This document shows, in pieces, positions 54,208 through 62,538 of a stretch of DNA of 64,000 nt. The stretch is from an uncultured Planctomycetaceae bacterium. Lineage in GTDB: Bacteria; Planctomycetota; UBA1135; GCA-002686595. The stretch covers positions 37,461 through 101,460 of the forward strand of contig CAYMYN010000005.1 in assembly GCA_964394665.1 (NCBI GenBank). The letters run 5' to 3'. The position numbers were made by a program, and so were the translations under genes. The number at the start of each line of letters is the position of its first letter. Position 1 is the first letter of the stretch. The notes below the pieces were generated by a model, which was given only the letters and a program-made list of their open reading frames with translations, ran no database searches and had not been told where the DNA came from.

Positions 54208-56280
54208 TCAGTTCAACTGCGTCACGTTGCCGGTGTGGACGTCGATCACCTGCGTCGCGGCTTCCAGGACGAAGGTGGCGGCCTCGGCGACCGTCGTCGA
54301 GCGCGAGAGGCGGCGGCCCTGGTCGGCCCACTCGGCGGCGATGTCGATCCCGCCGCCGTTGCCGGAGATGTCGATGCTGAAGGCGAAGTCGCGGTTCTTC
54401 TGACGGCGATCCTGCAGCTCCATGCCGACCTCGAAGGTGCCCACGCTCTCCATCAGGGTCTCGAGCGATGAGATCGACTCGAGGCCGCCGCCGGCGAGGA
54501 GCATCTCGTCCGACAGGCTCACGGACCAGGCGCGGCCGACGCCCTGCTCGACCTGGTAGCCCAGCCCGACGCTCGTCAGCGCGTGGGCGTCGACGGCCCA
54601 GCTCAGGCTGCTGTTGGCGGCCTGCCAACCCGAGACGCCGCGCTCGAAGGTCTGGGCGATCTCGATCGTGCGCGTCCGGGCGAGCTCGACGCCGGCGATG
54701 CTGGCGCCGACCAGCTCGAGGCTCTTCTGCGTGCTGCCGATCAAGGTCACGCGCAGGGGACGGTCGCCCTTCTCGCGTTCGATGCGGGCGTGCACGCCCT
54801 TCTCGACCGTCCCGGTCACGCTGGACTCGAGCCCCTTCACGTCGACGAAGGGCAGGCCGAGCTTGGCCTCGAGCTCGAGGGCCTGCGTGCCCCGCAGCTC
54901 CTCGCCGTCGAAGTGCTCGACGGTGTAGGGGCGGAGCTGGGCGACCGCCGTGGCGATTCGGCCGAAGCGCGCCAGCCCCTGGACCACGGCGTCGACCTCG
55001 GCGCGTTTGGCCTCGAGGTTGGCGCGGACCTGATCCAGCGCCTGTTGGGCCTTGGCCCGCGCGTTGGTCGCCACCTTCACCGCCGCCGACGAGGCCGCGA
55101 CGATGGCCTTCTGGATCGCGACCTGGGCCACGCGAACGGGGACCTGGTGCCAGGCCGCGTTCTTCAGCGCCGTCTGGGCCGTGGCCAGGTTCTTCAGCGC
55201 TTGGGAGTGCAGCGTCTGGAGCTTGGCGACCTGCGCGTCGGCGACCCCGAACAGGAAGGCCTCCAGCTCGATCGAGTGCGCCTCGAGCTCGTTCAGCAGG
55301 CCGTAGATCCCGGCCAGGTGCTCGAGGGCCTGTTGGGCCACGTCCGAGTCCAGCCAGTCGCCGCCGGGCGAGAAGGCCGGGAAAGCGAGGGCCAGGCCCA
55401 TGCCGAGCACGCCGCGCGCGGCACCGGGAGCCGAGTGGAAGTGGTAGATGGCCGTGGCGCCCAGACCCTGGGAACCCTCGGCTCCGGCCTCGACGCCCGT
55501 GCCGACGCTCGCGCCGGCCAACAGGGCGAGGTCGGCGCCCACGGCGACCTCGTACAGGTCCTGCTCGGTGCGCGTGACGGTGAACTCGACGGCGATCTTG
55601 GCGCCGACCTTCACGTCCGCCACCTCGATGCCGAGGCCGACGCTGCCGTCGATCTCGATCGCCAGGCGCAGGGAGTCGCGCTCCGAGTCGAGGGCTCCCT
55701 GGATGAGCTCGGCCAGGCCTTCGAAGCCGGCGAGCTCGCGGTCGTCGGGCAGGTGCGGCAGGAGGTCGTCGAAGCCCAGCGGATCCGTCTGCTCGACGCG
55801 GCGCGCGAGCTCGATGCCGTGGGAGGCCTGGACCAGCGGGCCGTCGAGGAACTGCAGCAGGCCGGTGTGCACGCCCTGGGCGTAGACGCGGCCTTCGTCG
55901 GACAGGTCGGCGAGCCCCGCGAGCGGCACCTCGAAGATGCCGCGGCCGTCGAAGCTGCCCTCGATCGTGTGCACGACGGGACCGACCAGGAACCGGGTGT
56001 TGCGCGGTCCCGCGACCGGCGCGTCCGAGCGCTGGGTCGAGACGAGCAGGGTCGCGGGGTGGCCGGGAGCTCCGCCGAACAGGCGCAGGCGCGGCTCCGC
56101 GGCCTGACCGTCGACGAGCTCGAGCACCAGGCCGAGCCCCGGCAGGGGGACGTCCCCGCTGGCGCTGCCGAAGGTCTCGGCCCGCAGGGCCGCGCCCTGC
56201 TGGGCGGTGGCGGCCGGGGCCAACAGGGCCAGGCCGGCCAGGAGGGACAGGAAACGTCGAGTGGATGAGTTGGATTGCAT
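54208..56280 (-). CDS. Secreted 690-aa protein of unknown function
   Basis: Signal peptide (MQSNSSTRRFLSLLAGLALLAPAATAQQ), Ala/Gln-rich central coiled region, beta-rich ends. No recognisable motif. Confidence 0.6.
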   Translation of the reverse strand: MQSNSSTRRFLSLLAGLALLAPAATAQQGAALRAETFGSASGDVPLPGLGLVLELVDGQAAEPRLRLFGGAPGHPATLLVSTQRSDAPVAGPRNTRFLVGPVVHTIEGSFDGRGIFEVPLAGLADLSDEGRVYAQGVHTGLLQFLDGPLVQASHGIELARRVEQTDPLGFDDLLPHLPDDRELAGFEGLAELIQGALDSERDSLRLAIEIDGSVGLGIEVADVKVGAKIAVEFTVTRTEQDLYEVAVGADLALLAGASVGTGVEAGAEGSQGLGATAIYHFHSAPGAARGVLGMGLALAFPAFSPGGDWLDSDVAQQALEHLAGIYGLLNELEAHSIELEAFLFGVADAQVAKLQTLHSQALKNLATAQTALKNAAWHQVPVRVAQVAIQKAIVAASSAAVKVATNARAKAQQALDQVRANLEAKRAEVDAVVQGLARFGRIATAVAQLRPYTVEHFDGEELRGTQALELEAKLGLPFVDVKGLESSVTGTVEKGVHARIEREKGDRPLRVTLIGSTQKSLELVGASIAGVELARTRTIEIAQTFERGVSGWQAANSSLSWAVDAHALTSVGLGYQVEQGVGRAWSVSLSDEMLLAGGGLESISSLETLMESVGTFEVGMELQDRRQKNRDFAFSIDISGNGGGIDIAAEWADQGRRLSRSTTVAEAATFVLEAATQVIDVHTGNVTQLN

Positions 56281-56468
56281 GGTCTGCCTCGTGGGTCGGG
56301 GGGCCGTCGGCCCCGGTCAATCCACCCACGCAGACCCCGCCCGTCGGCCTTCACGGTTTCGGTGGAATCCCGCCGACCCCCTCCCGCGGGGTCCCCAGGG
56401 CCGTTCCGGGGACCTCCGCGGCGCGCGGGACCCCCCGCCGGCCCGCCCCCCGCGCGGAGGGGCCCCCC

Positions 56469-58106
56469 TCAGGGGGCGCCGGTCCGTAGCTCGACCGAGG
56501 TCAGCGCGCCGGAGCGCACCTCGAAGGTGCTCGTGCGGTCGTCCGGGCCGGGGGGACCCGGGCCGCCGGGGGAGGCGAAGGCGTGCCAGGTCCCGGCGGG
56601 GAGCGCGGGGATCCAGGCGGGGGAGCGCTCGAAGGACCAGGTCGTGTGCACGGGGAGCGCGCCGTGCTCGCGCAGGTAGAGCACGAAGGGGCCGTCGAGT
56701 TCTTGGCCGAGGGCGTCGAGCACGGCGAGCCGGAGCGCGCCCGCTCCCGCGGGCCAGGGAAGCTCGACGGTGTCGCGCGGGCCGCGCAGCTCCACGCGCA
56801 TGGGCTGCGTGCGGGGGAGGTTCGCCAGGCCCGGCCCGCCCAGGGCGATCTCGTAGCTCCCGGTCGGCACGCGGTGGGCCACGTCGCCCTCCGGTCCCAG
56901 GGCCCACAGGCGCAGGCCGTAGCGCCGGCCGTCGGCGCGCTCGAGGCCCAGCTCGACGGCGCGCGAGGGTTCGTCCAGGGGGCCTTCGATCGCGGGCGCG
57001 CCCACGGGGCGCACGACGAGCTCGGTCCACCCGCCGCCCTCGGGCGTCAGCGGGAGCTCGTTCACCACCAACGCGCCGCGCACCCGCGGCAGCGCCAGCC
57101 CGGTGGTGAGCGGGTGGTAGCCCGGGACGACGTAGCGCTGCATCATCGGCTTCAAGGCCTCGACGTCGGCGGCGGCGCAGAAGAGCAGCGCGTGCTCGTA
57201 GGGACCTTCGAGGGCTTGCGCGAGCGGGATGCCCGCCGCGAGGAAGTCCACCCGCCGTTGGGGCGCGAACTTGGCCGCGGGATCGAGGGCGAGGGGGGCG
57301 GTGGCGTCGCGCGGGGCGAGGTGCGCCGCGGTCCTGGGCGCGCCGCCCTCCTTGTCCAAGAGGCGTACGAAGCAGCCGAAGAGCGGCAGGACCTCGAGCT
57401 CGAGGTCGTCGCTCGGCGCTTCGATCGGGACGTACCGCAGGGTGAGCAGGCCGCTCGCCCCCGCGCTGACGTGATACGTCCGGCCGGCGACGAGGGAGCC
57501 GAGCTCGAAGTACCCATCGTCCTCGGTCCGCGCCAGGTGCAGGGCGGGATCCGCGTCGGCCGCGAAGGCTGCTTCGCTCGGTCGGGGCGTGTGGTGCGCG
57601 GCGTGCGCGACCACCCGGGCGCCGCGTCCCACGGGGCTGCCGTCGGCTCGGCGCACGATGCCGCGCAGGTACGCGCCCGGACCGAGATCGAACTCCAGGG
57701 TCGGGGGTGGGTCGTTCGGAATCAGGAACTCGGTCTGGGCGTGCGCGGGATGGCGCAGGGCGAGCCGGCGCCCCGCGAGCCCGCCCGCCGTGCCGCTCCA
57801 CTCGCCCGCGGCGTCCGTGCGACCGAGCTCCCGCGCCGACTCCGGCCCGCCCACGAGGATCCGACAGCCCTCCAGCGCGCCGCCCCCCGCGCCGCGCACG
57901 CGCAGCGTCACGCGCAGGGCGGGATCCGCGGGCCCGGGCTCCCGCGGCGCTCCGGCCGGAGCGCTCGGCCGCGCGCGCTCCCCGGCGAACCACCGACCGC
58001 CCACCGCGAGCAGGGCGAGCGCGAGCACCACGAGCGCGACCGGGGCCACCCAGCGCGCCGCGCCGCGGCGCGCCGAGCACTCTCTCACGAGCCTGAGTCC
58101 GATCAT
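56469..58106 (-). CDS. Membrane-anchored protein with carboxypeptidase-regulatory-like beta-sandwich repeats (paralog family of 18382-20502)
   Basis: N-terminal TM (WVAPVALVVLALALLAVGG), repeated TLRVRGAGGGALEGCRILVG / GYFELGSLVAGRTYHVSA-type modules. 12-nt gap after the radical-SAM gene. Confidence 0.6.
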   Translation of the reverse strand: MIGLRLVRECSARRGAARWVAPVALVVLALALLAVGGRWFAGERARPSAPAGAPREPGPADPALRVTLRVRGAGGGALEGCRILVGGPESARELGRTDAAGEWSGTAGGLAGRRLALRHPAHAQTEFLIPNDPPPTLEFDLGPGAYLRGIVRRADGSPVGRGARVVAHAAHHTPRPSEAAFAADADPALHLARTEDDGYFELGSLVAGRTYHVSAGASGLLTLRYVPIEAPSDDLELEVLPLFGCFVRLLDKEGGAPRTAAHLAPRDATAPLALDPAAKFAPQRRVDFLAAGIPLAQALEGPYEHALLFCAAADVEALKPMMQRYVVPGYHPLTTGLALPRVRGALVVNELPLTPEGGGWTELVVRPVGAPAIEGPLDEPSRAVELGLERADGRRYGLRLWALGPEGDVAHRVPTGSYEIALGGPGLANLPRTQPMRVELRGPRDTVELPWPAGAGALRLAVLDALGQELDGPFVLYLREHGALPVHTTWSFERSPAWIPALPAGTWHAFASPGGPGPPGPDDRTSTFEVRSGALTSVELRTGAP

Positions 58107-58118
58107 GCTCGCCCCAGC

Positions 58119-59501
58119 TCACACGTTGCGCGCCAGGAGCGCCAGTCCCTCGCGGAGCTGGGCGCGCAGCTCGTGCAGGCTGGTGAGCGAGCGCAGGCGG
58201 CGCAGGAGGTAGCTCGGGCGCAGGTAGAAGCGGCGCACGGCGCGTTTCTTCAAGGCCAACATCTGGCCGCGGTCGAGCGTCGCCGTGGGCAAGAAGGCGC
58301 TCGCGCCGCCCTGATCCATGACGAGGTCCTCGGGAGCCGCCAGGCCCAGCGCGAGGGCGCGCACTCGGAAGGGCGTGCCGAAGCGCGGCACGGCCATGTT
58401 GAGGCTCAGGAAGTCGAGCTCGAGCTCGAGCGCCAGGTCGAGGGTCGCGCGCAAGGACGCCTCGGATTCCTCGGGCAGGCCGATGATGAAGGTGCCGACG
58501 GTCCGCAGGCCGGCGGCGCGCGCGCGGGCGAAGGCCGAGCGCACGACCTCGACGCGATAACCCTTCTGGTAGGCGGCGAGCAATTCGTCCGCGGCGCTCT
58601 CCACCCCCAGGATCAGGGTGTGGCAGCCGGCGCGGCGCATGGCCGCGAGCAGCTCCGCGTCGGCTCGGTCGGGTCGCGTGAACGCGGTCCAGGAGAGATC
58701 CCCGCGGGCCTCGAGGGCGGCGCACAGCTCGAACGCGCGCTCGCGCTGCACGCCGAAGGTTTGGTCCATGACGAAGAGCTCGCGCACGCCGTCCGCGCGC
58801 AGGGCGTCGACCTCCTCCAACACGTCCGCCACGGGGCGCACCCGGAAACCGAGCGTGCCGATCACGCAGAACGTGCACGGATAGGGGCAGCCGTAATCGG
58901 TCAGGACGGTGGCGAAGCGCGCCGCGCGGGCGAAGGAGAAGCGGTAGCCGCGGCGGGGGAAGAGCTCGTGTCGCGGGCGCGGCACGCGGAAGGGGCGCCC
59001 GGCGCGCGAACGGTCGGCGGGGCGCGCTTCGATCGCGCCGTCCGCCCGGCGCAGCGTCATCGCGCGCACGCCTTCGAGCCGACCTTCGAGGTAGAGCGCC
59101 AGGTCCTCACCGGAGAAGTCGTGCAGGGCGGCCTCGAGCCAGGGCTCGGCCACGAGGCGTTCGGGCGCGCCCTCGTGCAGCACGTCGCCGATCGCGATCA
59201 CGCGCCGGCCGCGGGCGTGCTGCTCGGCGAGGAAGGCGCGATCCTCGGGCCAGGAGACCGAGCCCACGAGCGAGACCAGCACGTCGGGCGCGAAGGCGTC
59301 GATGCGCGCGCGGGCGGCGGCGGGGGAGAGGCGTTCGGCGATGCAGTCGAGCACCGCGATCTCGAAGCGCTCGGCCAGCGTGCCCGAGAGCACCACCAGG
59401 TCGATCGGATGGAAGAGGTAGTTCGACTTGGTGGTCTTCGAGCAGAGGTAGTCGCGGATGTAGATCCGCTCCCCCGGCGGGTTCAGCAGGAGGACGCGCA
59501 T
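58119..59501 (-). CDS. B12-binding (class B) radical SAM enzyme
   Basis: Start ATG 59501 gives MRVLLLNPPGERIYIRDY... (B12-binding-like N-domain: IAVLDC...VLVSLVGSVS...VIAIGDV). Radical SAM cluster motif DYGCPYPCTFC (CxxxCxxC). ~460 aa. The annotated longer start 59681 is less likely. Confidence 0.8.
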   Translation of the reverse strand: MRVLLLNPPGERIYIRDYLCSKTTKSNYLFHPIDLVVLSGTLAERFEIAVLDCIAERLSPAAARARIDAFAPDVLVSLVGSVSWPEDRAFLAEQHARGRRVIAIGDVLHEGAPERLVAEPWLEAALHDFSGEDLALYLEGRLEGVRAMTLRRADGAIEARPADRSRAGRPFRVPRPRHELFPRRGYRFSFARAARFATVLTDYGCPYPCTFCVIGTLGFRVRPVADVLEEVDALRADGVRELFVMDQTFGVQRERAFELCAALEARGDLSWTAFTRPDRADAELLAAMRRAGCHTLILGVESAADELLAAYQKGYRVEVVRSAFARARAAGLRTVGTFIIGLPEESEASLRATLDLALELELDFLSLNMAVPRFGTPFRVRALALGLAAPEDLVMDQGGASAFLPTATLDRGQMLALKKRAVRRFYLRPSYLLRRLRSLTSLHELRAQLREGLALLARNV

Positions 59502-60745
59502 CCCGGATCGAAGGCCCGCGCGCTCGCGGGGTGGCGGTGGATCGGGGCGACGCCGGAGCGCGAGAGGTAGGGCCGCAAGGCTGCGAGCACCTCGTCGACT
59601 CCGATCGCAACCAGGCATTCGGGCCGGCCGTGGATGCAGGTGCTGAGCTTGTTGTCGTGCACGTTGATGCACGGGCTGCAAACCGGCGGCCGGTAGAGCG
59701 CGCGCGCCTCGGAGCCCAACGGTCGGTACATCAGCGGCGTCTCGGGCCCGAACAGGCCGACCGTCGGCGCGCCCAGGGCCGCGGCGAGGTGCATCGGTCC
59801 GCTGTCGTTCGAGACCACCGCGTCGGCGTCCGCGAGCAACGCCCCGAGCTCACCGATCGTGAGCGCGCCCGAGAGGTCGAGCAGACGGCCCGCGGGCAGC
59901 GCTCCGGCGCGGGCGGCGAGCTCGCCGACGTACGCGCGCTCGGCCGGCGCGCCGATCAGCGCCACGTCGCTGTCCTGCTCGAGCACCAGCCGCCGCGCGA
60001 GCTGGGCGAAGTTGGGCGCCGGCCAGCGCCGCTCGAGGGAGAGCCCGCCGGCGTTGGGGTTCAGCACGACGAGCGGGCGCGCGACGGTCCTGCCCGCGGC
60101 GGCCAGCAGATCCCCGACCCGCGCGCGCTGTGCCGCGCTCGGCCGGAGCGGCGTCACCTCGGCAACGCCGACCTCGTGGCCGTCCTCGCCGCCGGCCAAC
60201 GCGCGGAAGTTGCGCGCCACGTGCCAGTAGCGGTTGAAGGGCACTTCCTCGGTGTGCAAGCCGCCGCGCGGGACGCTGGGGGCGGCGAAGCCCACGACCT
60301 CGGGCGCGCCGGTCGAGAAGGCCACCACGGCCGAGAAACGGGTGAAGAACTCGAAGTCGTAGACGCGGTCGAAGCGCGCCCGCCGCAGGCGTGCCAGCAG
60401 GGCCAGGATGCGCGCGAAGACCTCGGTCCAGGCGCGGCACTCGACGTCGAGGGTCCAGACCGCGTCGAAGACGCCCAGTTCGCGGGCGAGCTCGGCGTTG
60501 CCGCGCAGGGTCAGGAGCGAGAGGCGCGCCCCGGGGTGCCGGCGCCGCAGGGCCGCGACCGCGGGGGTCAGGAGCTGCAGGCTGCCCAGGCCCCAGAACT
60601 TGATCAGCAGGATCTCGCGCGGCGCACCCCGCGCCCGGCGCCGACCCAGGGCGCGCAGCGGCGCAAGTCCCGCGCACACGATCCGGCCCAGGCGCTGGTC
60701 GACGGCCTGCAGGCGCTGGATCGGGATCGCGGGGCCGGGGACCAT
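59483..60745 (-). CDS. Glycosyltransferase family 9 (ADP-heptose:LPS heptosyltransferase-like)
   Basis: ILLIKFWGLGSLQLLTPAVAAL (GT9 N-terminal motif), C-terminal sugar-donor domain (VVSNDSGPMHLAAALGAPTVGLFGP). The stop overlaps the radical-SAM start by 19 nt. Confidence 0.8.
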   Translation of the reverse strand: MVPGPAIPIQRLQAVDQRLGRIVCAGLAPLRALGRRRARGAPREILLIKFWGLGSLQLLTPAVAALRRRHPGARLSLLTLRGNAELARELGVFDAVWTLDVECRAWTEVFARILALLARLRRARFDRVYDFEFFTRFSAVVAFSTGAPEVVGFAAPSVPRGGLHTEEVPFNRYWHVARNFRALAGGEDGHEVGVAEVTPLRPSAAQRARVGDLLAAAGRTVARPLVVLNPNAGGLSLERRWPAPNFAQLARRLVLEQDSDVALIGAPAERAYVGELAARAGALPAGRLLDLSGALTIGELGALLADADAVVSNDSGPMHLAAALGAPTVGLFGPETPLMYRPLGSEARALYRPPVCSPCINVHDNKLSTCIHGRPECLVAIGVDEVLAALRPYLSRSGVAPIHRHPASARAFDPGCASSC

Positions 60746-60940
60746 GCCAGGGACGAGTATAGGGACGGTATCCGGCGCCCGCCCGTGGTCGAGGCGCGGG
60801 GATCGACCACCCACGCTCCCCCGCGGGACCGAAGGGTCCGCTCGGCCCCCTTGGCAGCGCCTAGGCCGACCCTACAGTGTGGCCCGACGAGGCACCTTCC
60901 TCCGCTGCGCGCCCGACCGACACGTCCGCGGATCAGAAGA

Positions 60941-61867
60941 ATGCTCGCCGAGCTGCTCACGCCCAAGTTCCTCGTGCTCTACGGCTACCTCGGCGCCGTG
61001 CTGTACGTGCACCGGCGCGGCAAGGTCCGCCTGCGCTTCGAGCGCCAGCTCACCGAGCACTCCGGGCTCTTCGCGCCCTTCAACGCCCTGCTCTACCTCT
61101 TCTCGGCGGTCCCCAAGGATCCGTTCCTGGACCCCGCCCGCTTCCCGGCCCTCGAGTCCCTCAAGCGCAATTGGCGCACGATCCGCGAGGAGGCGCTGGC
61201 CCTCTACGCCGACGGCAAGATCGACTACAACGCCGGGCAACAGGACCTGGCCTTCGTCTCGTTCAAGAAGCTCGGCTGGAAGCGCTTCCACATGAAGTGG
61301 TATGGCGACTTCCTGCCTTCCGCCCTGGAACGCTGCCCGCGCACGGTCGAGCTCCTGCGCGCCATCCCCGAGGTCAACTCGGCCGCCTTCACCCTGCTCC
61401 CACCGGGCGGCAAGCTCGGCCGGCACCGCGACCCCTTCGCCAGCTCCCTGCGCTACCACCTGGGCCTGGTCTGCCCGAGCCAACCCGGTTGCCGCATCTG
61501 GGTCGACGGCGAGGAGTACTCCTGGCGCGAGGGCGAGGACGTGGTCTTCGACGAGACCTACGTGCACTGGGCCGAGAACACGACCGACGAGACGCGCCTG
61601 ATCCTGTTCGCGGACATCACGCGGCCGCTGCGCACCCCGCTGATGCGCGGCATCAACCAGTTCCTGATCGACCGCGTCTACCGCATCACCGCCAGCCACA
61701 ACGAGCCCGACGAGAAGCCCGGCGCCCTGAACCGCTTCACGCCGATCTTCTTCCATCTCAAGGCCTTCTTCCGCGGCCTCAAGCAGCGCACGAATCGCAA
61801 GCTCTACTACGCCGGCAAGTACACCCTCGCCGCGGCGCTGCTGTGGATGATCTGGGTCGTGTTCTGA
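60941..61867 (+). CDS. Aspartyl/asparaginyl beta-hydroxylase-family (LpxO-like) Fe/2-oxoglutarate dioxygenase
   Basis: FTLLPPGGKLGRHRDPF...HLGL...DETYVHWAEN (HxD...H facial triad pattern of the AspH/LpxO family). Hydrophobic N- and C-termini. 308 aa. Confidence 0.7.
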   Translation: MLAELLTPKFLVLYGYLGAVLYVHRRGKVRLRFERQLTEHSGLFAPFNALLYLFSAVPKDPFLDPARFPALESLKRNWRTIREEALALYADGKIDYNAGQQDLAFVSFKKLGWKRFHMKWYGDFLPSALERCPRTVELLRAIPEVNSAAFTLLPPGGKLGRHRDPFASSLRYHLGLVCPSQPGCRIWVDGEEYSWREGEDVVFDETYVHWAENTTDETRLILFADITRPLRTPLMRGINQFLIDRVYRITASHNEPDEKPGALNRFTPIFFHLKAFFRGLKQRTNRKLYYAGKYTLAAALLWMIWVVF

Positions 61868-61884
61868 ACCACGCCCGACGTCGT

Positions 61885-62328
61885 TCAAGGCTGCGCGCTG
61901 GGCGCATCTCCCCGGGGTAGGGTCAGCGGGGGGCGGCCGGCGAGGCGCCGGATCCAGTTGAGGTGGCGGTGGATCGCCGGGCGGGCGATCAGTTTCTGCT
62001 CGAGGCGGCGCTTGCCGGGGAACTCGAGCAGCATCAGGCCCACGAGAAGGGTCAGCAGGCCTTGGCCCGGCGTCACCAGCATCACCAGGCCGAGCAAGAC
62101 CATCAGAGCCCCTAGCCCGTTGCGCAGCACGCGCCAGGTCCAGCGCAGGGCGGGGTGCTGGCGCGCGAAGAGGGCCGGGGGCGCCTTCTCCCCCGCGAAG
62201 TAGTCGCGCGGGATCGCCATGACCAGCAGCGGCAGGACGATCAGGCTGGCGGCGAAGAAGACCACCGCGCTGGTCACGGCCCAGCGCAGGAGCTCGGGGG
62301 AGAGGTCGAGTCGCTCGAGGAGCTGCAT
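61885..62328 (-). CDS. Small PGPGW-type transmembrane protein
   Basis: GGGAGGG ribosome-binding site upstream of ATG 62328. Two TM helices and a VTPGQGLLTLLVGLMLLEFPGKRR motif typical of the PGPGW family. 147 aa. Confidence 0.55.
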   Translation of the reverse strand: MQLLERLDLSPELLRWAVTSAVVFFAASLIVLPLLVMAIPRDYFAGEKAPPALFARQHPALRWTWRVLRNGLGALMVLLGLVMLVTPGQGLLTLLVGLMLLEFPGKRRLEQKLIARPAIHRHLNWIRRLAGRPPLTLPRGDAPSAQP

Positions 62329-62538
62329 GGCCGCTTCGCCCTCCCGTGGTGGCCCGGGCGACGCATGGGAGGGGAGCACTAGAGCGCCGGGGAGCGCCGC
62401 CGTCGAGCCTGGAACCGCGACCCGGGGCTCCTTCTCTCCTGCCCCGGACCCTGCCCCCGACCCCCCTCCGTGCCTAGAATGGCCCCCTTCGTCCGGGCGC
62501 GCCCCCGGCCGTCCCCAGGCACCTCCCGGCCCTCCCCC

